From positions 4,581 to 68,580 of the forward strand of contig CAYXXE010000001.1 of the NCBI GenBank assembly GCA_964468985.1: a stretch of 64,000 bases of DNA. The letters run 5' to 3'. The position numbers and the translations under genes are program-made. Each line of letters begins with the position of its first letter. Positions within the stretch are counted from its first letter, which is position 1. The DNA is from an uncultured Gaiellales bacterium. GTDB lineage: Bacteria; Actinomycetota; Thermoleophilia; Gaiellales; Gaiellaceae. The notes under the pieces were generated by a model. That model saw only the letters and a list, made by a program, of their open reading frames with translations. It was not told the DNA's origin and searched no databases. Of the stretch, positions 18,020 through 26,683 are shown in pieces.

Positions 18020-18933
18020 CCGGCGGGAATCTTGCAGGGAAGGTGCTGATCGTGACCGGGGCCGGACGCGGCATCGGGAGGGAAATCGCCCTCCTCGCGG
18101 CCGCCGAGGGCGCAGGAGTCGTGGTCAACGATCTAGGGGGCGGTGCAGAAGGCAGTGGCAGCGATCCGGGCCCTGCGCACGCGGTCGTCGAGGAGATTCG
18201 CTCGGCCGGCGGCGATGCCGTCGCGAACGCCGAAAGCGTCGCATCGGAGGACGGAGCCCGGGGCATCGTCCAGGCGGCGATCGACGAGTTCGGGCAGGTT
18301 GATGTCGTTGTCAACAACGCCGGGATCCTTCGCGACAAGATCTTCCACCAGATGGCGAGCGACGATTTCGAAAAAGTCGTGCGCGTCCATCTCCACGGAA
18401 GCTTTTACATGGCTAACGCAGTGGCACCACTTTTTCGCAGCCAGGAGCGAGGCGCATTCGTCCACTTCACTTCCACATCGGGCTTGATCGGAAACCTCGG
18501 CCAAGCCAACTACGCGGCCGCCAAGCTCGGCATCGTCGGGCTCTCGAGATCGATCGCGCTCGACATGGCCCGATTCGGTGTTCGCTCCAATTGCATCGCA
18601 CCGTTCGCCTGGAGCCGCCTGATCGGCACGATCCCGACCGGCTCCGGGCAGGAGGAGGCACGCGTTGAGAAGTTCAAACGAATGGGTGCGGAGAAGATCG
18701 CTCCACTTGCGGTCTTTCTCGGCTCCGATCGGAGTGCGGAGATCACAGGGCAGATCTTCGGTGTCCGCATGAACGAGATCTTTCTGTTCAGCCAACCGCG
18801 GCCGATCCGTTCGATCCACCACTCGGACGGGTGGTCGGTCGATGCATTGGCCGAGCGACTCGCGCCTGCATTCCGAACCTCGTTCACACCGCTGGAGCGG
18901 TCCGCGGACGTCTTCAGCTGGGACCCGGTGTGA
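18016..18933 (+). CDS. long SDR of the MFE-2 / Hsd4A type ((3R)-hydroxyacyl-CoA dehydrogenase-like)
   Basis: ATGA overlap. GKVLIVTGAGRGIGREIALLAAAEGAGVVVNDLGG...VVNNAGILRDKIF...VHLHGSF...YAAAKLG matches the peroxisomal MFE-2 dehydrogenase-domain pattern. 305 aa. Confidence 0.85.
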   Translation: MTGGNLAGKVLIVTGAGRGIGREIALLAAAEGAGVVVNDLGGGAEGSGSDPGPAHAVVEEIRSAGGDAVANAESVASEDGARGIVQAAIDEFGQVDVVVNNAGILRDKIFHQMASDDFEKVVRVHLHGSFYMANAVAPLFRSQERGAFVHFTSTSGLIGNLGQANYAAAKLGIVGLSRSIALDMARFGVRSNCIAPFAWSRLIGTIPTGSGQEEARVEKFKRMGAEKIAPLAVFLGSDRSAEITGQIFGVRMNEIFLFSQPRPIRSIHHSDGWSVDALAERLAPAFRTSFTPLERSADVFSWDPV

Positions 18934-19787
18934 ACCGCGAAGCGCTGCTGCACTGGCCATTCGATGAGCTCGAGCAGTCGTATTCCGCGACCGACGCGAT
19001 CTTGTACGCGCTTGGCCTCGGGATCGGGGCGGACCCAACGGACCCGAACCAGTTGCGGTTCGTTTACGAGGAGGGGCTCGCAGCGCTACCGACCATGGCA
19101 GTCATCTTCGGTTACCCAGGCCTCTACCTTCGGGAACCAGCCGCCGACGTGAACTGGCAGCAGATGCTTCACGGCGAGCAGAGCCTCGTCTTGCACCGCC
19201 CGCTGCAGCCCGCCGGTCGCATCGTCAGCGTCAACCGAGTCGATGACGTCATCGACAAGGGCGCGGGCCGGGGCGCTCTGGTCTACGCGACCAGAGAGCA
19301 ACGGGATGCCGGCACTGGTGAGCTCATCGCCACATTGACATCAACGGCCTTCTGCCGCGCTGATGGCGGCTTCGGGGGGCCTTCCGGCCCGGTGAAGCCG
19401 GCGCATCCAGTGCCGACGGCAGAGCCGAGCTTGTCGCTTTCGACGTCGACGCTCCCGCAGGCCGCCTTGATCTATCGCTTGAGCGGAGACTTCAACCCGA
19501 TCCACGCCGACCCGCGGATCGCAGCTGAGGGAGGGTTCAGCCGGCCCGTTCTGCACGGCCTCTGCACCTTCGGGATCGCGGGGTACGCGTTGCTCGGCGC
19601 ACTCTGTCGCTACGAGCCAGAGCGTCTGCGAAGGCTGGAGGCCCGGTTTTCAGCGCCTGTCTATCCCGGTGACACGATCACAACCTCGATCTGGCAGGAG
19701 GCAGATGGTCGGGCGGCATATCGCTGCAGCGTCGCCGCGCGCGGCGTCGTCGTGATCGACAATGGCTACGTGGAGTTCGACGAGTGA
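18930..19787 (+). CDS. MaoC-like double-hotdog (R)-specific enoyl-CoA hydratase (hydratase-2 / Hsd4B-like)
   Basis: GTGA overlap, 285 aa. YRLSGDFNPIHADPRIAAEGGFSRPVLHGLCTFG is the MaoC dehydratase motif, in the C-terminal hotdog. Confidence 0.85.
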   Translation: MNREALLHWPFDELEQSYSATDAILYALGLGIGADPTDPNQLRFVYEEGLAALPTMAVIFGYPGLYLREPAADVNWQQMLHGEQSLVLHRPLQPAGRIVSVNRVDDVIDKGAGRGALVYATREQRDAGTGELIATLTSTAFCRADGGFGGPSGPVKPAHPVPTAEPSLSLSTSTLPQAALIYRLSGDFNPIHADPRIAAEGGFSRPVLHGLCTFGIAGYALLGALCRYEPERLRRLEARFSAPVYPGDTITTSIWQEADGRAAYRCSVAARGVVVIDNGYVEFDE

Positions 19788-21235
19788 CCGCCGCCGAGCT
19801 CGGAATCCACGCGTTCGGCGGCTACGTCCCGAGGCTTCGAGTGAGCCGGGAGGAGATTGCTGCGGCTCACGCCTGGGTCAACCCGGGCCTCAGCGCACTG
19901 GCTCGCTCGGAGCGCTCCCTCTGTAGCTGGGATGAGGATGCAGTCACGATGGCCGTTGATGCGGCGCGCAACTGCCTCGGACGCATCGACCGGCACCGCA
20001 TCACGGGCCTCTATCTCGGGTCGACGACAGCTCCGTACGCCGATCGGCTGAACGTCGGTCTCGTCGCCGGGGCGCTCGGGGTCGACGAAAGCACGCCAGC
20101 CTTCGACCTGGGCGGGTCACTGCGCGCCGGGACGAGCGCGATGCTCGCGGGACTCGACGCGGCCGCGGCCCGCGGCGGCGATGTCCTCTGCGTGGCGTCC
20201 GACCGGCGCGACGCCGGGCCGGCGACGATCCAGGAGCTTACGATCGGGCATGCTGCCGCCGCTGTCGTCGTCGGCCCAGGCGCGGGTCTTGCTCGGCTCG
20301 TCGGACGAAGCTCGCTCACCGTCGACTTCGTCGGGCACTTTCGGGCGTCCAACCGCGATGTCGACTACCACTGGGAAGAGCGCTGGGTGCGTGACGAGGG
20401 CTACGGGAAGCTCGTACCCAAGCTCGTGCAGCGCCTCCTCGAACAGACGTCGGTTGGCCCCGAGCGGATCGCGCATTTCTGCCTCCCAGCACCACTACGC
20501 CGTGTCGACGAAGCGGCCGCTGCTTCGATCGGGCTTCCACCGACGAGCATCCGCAACCAACTGAGCGCGGGATGCGGGGATAGCGGCGCCGCGCACCCCC
20601 TCCTGATGCTGGTCAGCGCACTCGAGGATGCAAAGCCGGGCGAGTTGATCCTCGTCGTCGGGTTCGGGCAGGGCGGCGATGCGCTCCTCTTCGAGGCCAC
20701 GGACGCGATACGTGACTTCCAACCGTCGCGTCCCTGGCTGCAGCCCGGCGCGTCCTGCTCGTACCCGCGATACCTCGCACTAACCGATCGACTCGAGCTC
20801 GACCGTGGGATGCGTGCCGAGGTAGACAAGGGAAGTGCGCTCACTGCCGCGTACCGTCACCGCGACCTCGTGCTCGCCTTGACAGGCGGCCGCTGTGAGG
20901 CATGCGGAACCCACCAGATCCCACGAGGTGAGATCTGTGTCCTGTGCGGCAGCAAAGGCTCGTTGCTCCCACACTCGTTCGCCGAATCCAAGGGCAAGGT
21001 CGCGTCGTGGTCGGCCGACAGTCTCACCTACACCCCCGATCCACCCGCCTTCTACGGGATGGTCGACTTCGTCGAGGGCGGCAGACTGCTGATGGACTTC
21101 ACCGACGTCTCCGTCGGCGAAGTGGAAGTAGGGACGCCAATGCGTATGGTCTTCCGGATCAAGGACCGGGACCGCGTACGCGGATTCGCGCGGTACTTCT
21201 GGAAGGCCGCACCCCTCATGGACAAGGAGGTCTAG
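19784..21235 (+). CDS. HMG-CoA-synthase/KAS-III-like thiolase-fold domain fused to a C-terminal DUF35 (zinc ribbon + OB fold); catalytic Cys and Glu apparently missing
   Basis: GTGA overlap. aa 1-345 align by eye to archaeal-type HMGCS (YLGSTTAPY, FDLGGSLRAGTSA, GHAAAAVVVG). aa 371-388, CEACGTHQIPRGEICVLC, is the four-Cys ribbon, followed by an OB-fold-like tail (YGMVDFVEGGRLLMDF). Confidence 0.8.
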   Translation: MTAAELGIHAFGGYVPRLRVSREEIAAAHAWVNPGLSALARSERSLCSWDEDAVTMAVDAARNCLGRIDRHRITGLYLGSTTAPYADRLNVGLVAGALGVDESTPAFDLGGSLRAGTSAMLAGLDAAAARGGDVLCVASDRRDAGPATIQELTIGHAAAAVVVGPGAGLARLVGRSSLTVDFVGHFRASNRDVDYHWEERWVRDEGYGKLVPKLVQRLLEQTSVGPERIAHFCLPAPLRRVDEAAAASIGLPPTSIRNQLSAGCGDSGAAHPLLMLVSALEDAKPGELILVVGFGQGGDALLFEATDAIRDFQPSRPWLQPGASCSYPRYLALTDRLELDRGMRAEVDKGSALTAAYRHRDLVLALTGGRCEACGTHQIPRGEICVLCGSKGSLLPHSFAESKGKVASWSADSLTYTPDPPAFYGMVDFVEGGRLLMDFTDVSVGEVEVGTPMRMVFRIKDRDRVRGFARYFWKAAPLMDKEV

Positions 21236-21239
21236 AGAG

Positions 21240-22445
21240 ATGGGGACGGGCATTCGCGATCGCGTCGTGATCCTCGGGATGGGCTGCTCGAAGTTCGGCG
21301 AGCGTTGGGATGCCGACGCCGAGGACCTCATGGTCGAGGCGTTCAGTGAGGCGCAGGCCGATGCGGGAATCGAAACCAAGGAGATCGATGCCGCCTGGTT
21401 CTCGACCTGCCAGGAAGAGATCAGCGTCGGAAAGTCGTCGATCCCGATGGCGACCGCGCTCAGGCTCGACTACATCCCCGTGACCCGGGTCGAGAACCAA
21501 TGCGCTTCCGGAACCGAGGCGTTCCGAGGCGCAGTCTACGCCGTGGCCTCGGGAGCGAGCGACATTGCGTTGGCGCTCGGCAGCGAAAAGCTGAAGGACA
21601 CCGGGTACGGCGGTCTGGCCCAGCGGGGACGGGGGAAGGTCAACGACCTGTATTGGGCGAACTACTCCGCTCCGGGCTCATTTGCCCAGCTTGCTGCCGC
21701 CTACCGGGCGAAACACAACGTCGCAGCGGACGACCTCAAGCGTGCGATGGCGCACATCTCAGTGAAGAGCCATGACAACGGCTTCTTGAACCCAAAGGCT
21801 CATCTACGGAAGAGGATCGACATCGAGACGGTTCTCGGTGCGCCGATGGTCGCCGAGCCGCTGGGCCTCTACGACTGCTGCGGGGTCAGCGATGGTGCTG
21901 CGGCGGCGATCGTAACGACCCCGGAGATCGCTCGGGGCCTCGGCAAGCGTGATCTCGTCAGCGTCAAGGCGCTGCAACTTTCGGTTTCGAATGGTCTCGA
22001 GGCCCAGCATCAGTCATGGGACGGCAGTTACTTCATGACGGCACGCCGGGCTGCAAAGCGTGCTTATGACGAGGCAGGGGTAACGAATCCGCGGAAGGAG
22101 TTGAGCCTGGTCGAGGCGCACGACTGTTTCTCGATCACCGAGCTGGTGACTCTCGAGGATCTCTTTATCTCGCCCGAGGGTGGCGCTGTCACGGATGTCC
22201 TCGACGGCTTTTATGACGCGGACGGTGCGCTTCCGTGCCAGATCGACGGTGGGCTGAAGTGTTTCGGCCACCCGATTGGCGCGTCGGGGTTGCGGATGCT
22301 GTACGAGCTCTACCTGCAGATGACGGAGCGTGCCGGCGATCGACAGCTAGCGCGGGAGCCGGTGTTGGGGTTGACACACAATCTGGGCGGGGCGCCGAGC
22401 GCGAACGTCTGCAGCGTCACCTTGCTCGGCAAGTACCCCGCTTGA
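21240..22445 (+). CDS. SCP-x / Ltp-type thiolase-fold protein
   Basis: AAGGAGG lies upstream. Motifs: RVVILGMGCSKFGERW, VENQCASGTEAFR (nucleophile Cys), EAHDCFSITEL, KCFGHPIGASG. Confidence 0.88.
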   Translation: MGTGIRDRVVILGMGCSKFGERWDADAEDLMVEAFSEAQADAGIETKEIDAAWFSTCQEEISVGKSSIPMATALRLDYIPVTRVENQCASGTEAFRGAVYAVASGASDIALALGSEKLKDTGYGGLAQRGRGKVNDLYWANYSAPGSFAQLAAAYRAKHNVAADDLKRAMAHISVKSHDNGFLNPKAHLRKRIDIETVLGAPMVAEPLGLYDCCGVSDGAAAAIVTTPEIARGLGKRDLVSVKALQLSVSNGLEAQHQSWDGSYFMTARRAAKRAYDEAGVTNPRKELSLVEAHDCFSITELVTLEDLFISPEGGAVTDVLDGFYDADGALPCQIDGGLKCFGHPIGASGLRMLYELYLQMTERAGDRQLAREPVLGLTHNLGGAPSANVCSVTLLGKYPA

Positions 22446-22447
22446 AG

Positions 22448-23575
22448 ATGGGCCCGCTCGAGGGTATCCGCGTCGTCGAGATGGGTGGGATTGGGCCGGT
22501 CCCTTTCGCGGCGATGGTGCTCGCGGGTCTCGGTGCTGACGTTGTTCGAGTCGAGCGTCCGGGGGCGGCCCCCGTAGTTGCCTCGGAGTCTCGATACAAC
22601 GTCGCGCTCCGCGACCGGACGGCGATTGTGCTCGACCTGAAGACGCCACTTGCGGTTGAGGCGGTTCTTCGGCTTGCCGCGCACTCCGACGCGTTCCTTG
22701 AAGGGTGGCGGCCCGGGGTGGCAGAACGTCTCGGCATCGGGCCGTCGGCCTGCGCCGAGCGTAACCCGCGACTGGTCTACGGGAGGATGACGGGCTGGGG
22801 CCAGGACGGCCCGCTGAGTGGCACGGCTGGACACGACATCAACTACATCGCGTTGACAGGCGTTCTCGATGCGATCGGACGGGTTGGTGAGCGACCTGTC
22901 CCTCCGCTCAACCTTGTTGGCGACTTCGGCGGCGGCGGCATGCTCCTCGCGCTCGGTGTTCTCGCGGGGATTCTCGAGGCCCGGACTTCGGGCGTCGGAC
23001 AGGTGATCGACGCCGCGATGGTCGATGGTGCGGCCCAGCTCGCCGCGGGGTTCTACGGCTACGTGGCCGACGGCACTTGGAGTCTCCAGCGTGGGACGAA
23101 TCTCCTCGACTCGGGCGCTCCGTTCTATGACGTCTACGAGACGTCGGATGGCCGTCACATGGCCGTCGGTGCAATCGAGTCTCGCTTCTACGCCGAGCTC
23201 CTTCGCGGCCTCGGAATCGATGGTGACTCGCTTCCACACCAGCTAGACCGAGCTGCGTGGCCGGAACTCAGGCGGGTCTTCAGCGAAGCGTTCCGAACCC
23301 GGTCTCGCGCCGAATGGGCCGAGGTGTTCGCGAACAGGGATGCCTGTGTCACGCCGGTCCTTTCATTCGGGGAAGCGCCACGGCATGAGCACAGTCGCTT
23401 CAGGGATAGCTATGTCGAGGTGGACGGCATCCGCCAGCCTGCGCCCGCGCCACGCTTCTCGCGCACTCCGGCGAGCACGACTCGACCTCCACGGGCCGCC
23501 GGTGCGGACACCCCGGAGATCCTCAACAAGCTCGGCTTCGACGAGCAGGATATCCGGCGTCTGCGAGTCAACTGA
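22448..23575 (+). CDS. mcr: alpha-methylacyl-CoA racemase-like family III CoA-transferase
   Basis: The ATG at 22448 is 2 nt after the thiolase stop. MGPLEGIRVVEMGGIGPVPFAAMVLAGLGADVVRVERP closely resembles my recollection of the M. tuberculosis Mcr N-terminus. GHDINYIALTG is also present. 375 aa. Confidence 0.8.
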   Translation: MGPLEGIRVVEMGGIGPVPFAAMVLAGLGADVVRVERPGAAPVVASESRYNVALRDRTAIVLDLKTPLAVEAVLRLAAHSDAFLEGWRPGVAERLGIGPSACAERNPRLVYGRMTGWGQDGPLSGTAGHDINYIALTGVLDAIGRVGERPVPPLNLVGDFGGGGMLLALGVLAGILEARTSGVGQVIDAAMVDGAAQLAAGFYGYVADGTWSLQRGTNLLDSGAPFYDVYETSDGRHMAVGAIESRFYAELLRGLGIDGDSLPHQLDRAAWPELRRVFSEAFRTRSRAEWAEVFANRDACVTPVLSFGEAPRHEHSRFRDSYVEVDGIRQPAPAPRFSRTPASTTRPPRAAGADTPEILNKLGFDEQDIRRLRVN

Positions 23576-25199
23576 CCGTCTCAACGGCGATCGAGCCGTG
23601 GTCGATCCCGGCCACGAGCTCGTGCTTCCTGATCTTTCCTGTCGAGGTCATCGGCAGCGCGTCGATTCGCGCCAGGGCCTGGGGCAGCTTGAACGTCGCG
23701 ACTCCCTGCGCACGCAGTCCAGCAGTGACGTCGTCAAGGCTGAGAGTCGCGGTCCCATGCAGCACGACGCACGCGCAGACGATCTCTCCAAGTCGCGCGT
23801 GAGGCAGACCGACGACGGCTACGCCAGCCACGCCGGGAAGCTCAACGATCATCTCTTCGAGCTCACGCGGCGCGATGTTGATCCCGCCCCGGATGATGAT
23901 CTCCTTCTTCCGGCCGACGATCGTCAGGTAGCCGTCGTCATCGATCACTCCGATGTCGCCCGTCCTGACCCAGCCGTCGGGGTCGAAACTCGCCGTTGTG
24001 CGCTCGGGATCAGCGAAGAATCCGACACACGCATTTGGGCTGCGCCCGAATATCTCGCCTGGCACGTTGCATGCCGGCTCGCCGTCGTCGCCTCGAACCT
24101 CGATCTCGACGCCGTCCAGGGCTCGACCATCCGTCCAGATCTGCTTCTCGAGCGGACTCTCCGGGCGGTTCCAGGTGGCGCAGAGCAACTCGGTCGAGCC
24201 GTAAAGCCGCAAGACCTGAATGCCGGTCGCGCGCGCTGCCTCGACGAGCGGCGGGGGCACGGGCGCGCCACCTGATCCGAAATGGCGCAGTGACGAAGCA
24301 TCGACGTCATTCCGCGATGCGTACTCCACGATGTCGGCCAGGAACGTGGTCGCTGCCAGCGTGTACGAGCAACGAAAGCGGCTGACCAATCGCACCGCCT
24401 CGTCGGCACTCCAGCGATCCTGCAAGACGAGCGGAAGGCCGTAATAGACGGCGGGGCGAACGCCGTAGTTGAGGCCCGTCGAATGACCGATCGGTGACGG
24501 CATCCAGACGATCTCATCGTCGCCGAGCCCGAGGGAACTCCAAAGCGACCGCACTCCGTGGTTCGTCGTTTGCTCGGTGTGCATGATCGCCTTCGGCGCC
24601 GCCTCCGTCCCCGACGTGAAGATCAGTTCAGAGACGGCAGCAGCGTCGCGCTCTGCGACGTCAGGTCCATCCTCGAAAGACTCGATCCAATCGGCGAAGG
24701 CGCCGGGCGCGTCGAGCGGCCCCGGCACCTCGACCGCGTCGAGAAGCGTTGGAACATGCGGACGCAGCGATTCGATCATCGCCGAGAAGTCATGGTCGCG
24801 ATAGACGGTCGGTGTGAAGATCAGCTTCGAACCGCTCGCCGAGAGCATGTGTCGCAACTCTCGGTCGCGGTAGAGCGGAAGCAGCGGGTTGAGCACCGCT
24901 CCGACACTGAGCACGGCAAGGTCTACAGCAACCGTCTCATACCAGTTCGGAAGCTGGACGGAGACCACGTCACCCGCGGCGATGCCACGGCTGCGCAGGT
25001 GGCCAGCGAGTCGCCGCACGTCGGCGGCGAGCTGGTGCCAAGTCACGATCCGGTCTCCGCCGCAGTCGATCACGGCTGCGGCACCCGGCCGCTCTTTAGC
25101 GTGGCGTCGCAGGCGGCCGGGCAAGGTCGAACCGTCCCAGGCGCCCGAACGCTCGTAGGCGGCTCGACGTTCGCTCGAGGTGACGACGTCCGTGAGCAT
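23568..25199 (-). CDS. AMP-forming acyl-CoA synthetase/ligase
   Basis: 543 aa. Motifs: LIFTSGTEAAPKAIMH (AMP-binding motif), WVRTGDIG, GRKKEIIIRGGINI, TSTGKIRK. Confidence 0.9.
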   Translation of the reverse strand: MLTDVVTSSERRAAYERSGAWDGSTLPGRLRRHAKERPGAAAVIDCGGDRIVTWHQLAADVRRLAGHLRSRGIAAGDVVSVQLPNWYETVAVDLAVLSVGAVLNPLLPLYRDRELRHMLSASGSKLIFTPTVYRDHDFSAMIESLRPHVPTLLDAVEVPGPLDAPGAFADWIESFEDGPDVAERDAAAVSELIFTSGTEAAPKAIMHTEQTTNHGVRSLWSSLGLGDDEIVWMPSPIGHSTGLNYGVRPAVYYGLPLVLQDRWSADEAVRLVSRFRCSYTLAATTFLADIVEYASRNDVDASSLRHFGSGGAPVPPPLVEAARATGIQVLRLYGSTELLCATWNRPESPLEKQIWTDGRALDGVEIEVRGDDGEPACNVPGEIFGRSPNACVGFFADPERTTASFDPDGWVRTGDIGVIDDDGYLTIVGRKKEIIIRGGINIAPRELEEMIVELPGVAGVAVVGLPHARLGEIVCACVVLHGTATLSLDDVTAGLRAQGVATFKLPQALARIDALPMTSTGKIRKHELVAGIDHGSIAVETVS

Positions 25200-26254
25200 C
25201 AGACTCGTAGCTCCTCTGGAAGCGGCACTGACTGGAAACCGTCCTCGAGGATCTGCATTCCGTCCACGAGCAAGCCGTGGATGGTGTTCAGCAGGCTTTC
25301 ATAGATCGGGTCGACTCGCCTTCCGGCGCGATGAAGATGAAGGTTGTAGCCGAGAATCGCCGCGTACTTCAGACAGCCGAGCGCGGTATACCAGTTGATC
25401 TCGTCCTCGGTCGCTGCTGCGAACGCAGCGATCTCACCGGGAGAGATACCAAGGTTGCCAGAGGGGTTCGGGTCCGGTGCGTAGCGTGCGCGCAAAGCAG
25501 TTACCGTCAGGGACGCGACATCCATGAGCGGCTGGCCGATCTCTGCGATTTCCCAGTCGACGACCGCGACGACGGCGCCCTCCGCGAACAGGAGGTTCGC
25601 GTAGTGGTAGTCACCGTGAACGAGGGTCGGCTGGCAAGCCCGCATCGTCCGGGCGCGCAGGTGCCTGCTCAGAGCTCGGCCCGGCCCATGCTCGTCCTCT
25701 GGCGCTCGTTCAAGGAGTTGTGACCAGCGGTCGATCTCCGCGATCGGCTCGATCGGCGACTCCGAGCCGATCCCCGTTGCGGGAACTGGGATTGCCTGCA
25801 GGGCGGCCAGCGCTTCGGCAGCCGCACGCGCAACGGTCGCACCACCGTGCTCCGCGACTGCCTCGGGCCACTCGAGTCCGTCGACCCGCTCCATCAGGAC
25901 GAACGAGCGGCCGTCGATCGCCGGCTCCGACGAGAAGGCGAGCACACGCGGAACAACGAACCCGGCCGCGTGCAGCGCCGACATGATCCGCCCCTGCCGG
26001 CCAATGTCGGCCGGTCCGGCGATCCGGGCGGCGGGAGGCGAGAGCCGGAGGACCAGCGACTCAGATCCGGTCTCGACGGAGTAGGTGAACCCGGAGTGGC
26101 CAGAGCCGAACGGCGCGACCTCCTCGACGCGGACCTTCTGCCCCGCAACCCGCCGGAGGACCGAGCCGATGTCCTGCCGGATGCGATCGAGCTGGCTGTC
26201 GTCGGAGCTGTCGATGGTGTCCTGAAGTCTAATCCGAACTTTCGCTATTATCAA
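25199..26254 (-). CDS. APH-fold phosphotransferase (acyl-CoA-dehydrogenase-associated kinase type)
   Basis: Only the C-terminal 351 codons of the 702-aa ORF look like protein. Motifs: FGSGHSGFTYSV, TLVHGDYHYANLLF (HxDxxxxN), VVDWEIAEIG. I prefer the TTG at 26254; ATG 26296 and GTG 26293 are alternatives. Its stop shares one base with the ligase ATG (TGATG). Confidence 0.8.
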   Translation of the reverse strand: MIIAKVRIRLQDTIDSSDDSQLDRIRQDIGSVLRRVAGQKVRVEEVAPFGSGHSGFTYSVETGSESLVLRLSPPAARIAGPADIGRQGRIMSALHAAGFVVPRVLAFSSEPAIDGRSFVLMERVDGLEWPEAVAEHGGATVARAAAEALAALQAIPVPATGIGSESPIEPIAEIDRWSQLLERAPEDEHGPGRALSRHLRARTMRACQPTLVHGDYHYANLLFAEGAVVAVVDWEIAEIGQPLMDVASLTVTALRARYAPDPNPSGNLGISPGEIAAFAAATEDEINWYTALGCLKYAAILGYNLHLHRAGRRVDPIYESLLNTIHGLLVDGMQILEDGFQSVPLPEELRV

Positions 26255-26266
26255 ACAATCGGTTGG
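26251..26266. promoter_or_regulatory. operator-like palindrome CAAAC-N4-GTTTG, copy F
   Basis: TCAAAC AATC GGTTGG is preceded by TATTAT. The same TATTATCAAAC string recurs at copy G. It sits in the kinase/thioesterase divergent region and overlaps the candidate kinase start. Confidence 0.5.
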
Positions 26267-26281
26267 CAGAAAGCAGGAGAA

Positions 26282-26674
26282 ATCGGAGCGCACCATACAA
26301 CCCCTTCCCGCGTCTCGTGGCACGACACGGATGCGAGTGGTCGAATCCACTTCACGGCGGCGTTTCGCTGGGCCGAGGCTGCCGAGGCGGGGTTGATGCG
26401 CGCGGCCGGAGTGGATCCCTCGACGTCGATCGACTATCCACGCCGGAAAGTGGAAGCCGAGTACCTGATTCCATTGCGTTTCGACGACGCCGTCGAGACG
26501 AAGATCACGGTCGATCGGATCGGCCGGACGTCGCTCACGCTCGCCTGGGATGTCACCTCCCGCGGGCGCGTCGCCATCCGGGGCTTGCACACGATCGTTC
26601 GAGTCGATGGCGCCGGCCGGCCGAAGGAGCTGGATGCAGAGATCGGAATCGCGCTTGGGGGCGCTGGGAGGTAA
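26282..26674 (+). CDS. 4HBT/YbgC-type hotdog acyl-CoA thioesterase, start codon unresolved
   Basis: RVSWHDTDASGRIHFTAAFRWAEAAE...YLIPLRFDDAVE...VDRIGRTSLTLAWDV is a hotdog thioesterase pattern. No ATG/GTG/TTG lies just upstream, so the coordinate given is the ATC at 26282. See the finding at 26096-26674. Confidence 0.55.
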   Translation: MGAHHTTPSRVSWHDTDASGRIHFTAAFRWAEAAEAGLMRAAGVDPSTSIDYPRRKVEAEYLIPLRFDDAVETKITVDRIGRTSLTLAWDVTSRGRVAIRGLHTIVRVDGAGRPKELDAEIGIALGGAGR

Positions 26675-26683
26675 GGGGAGGGG

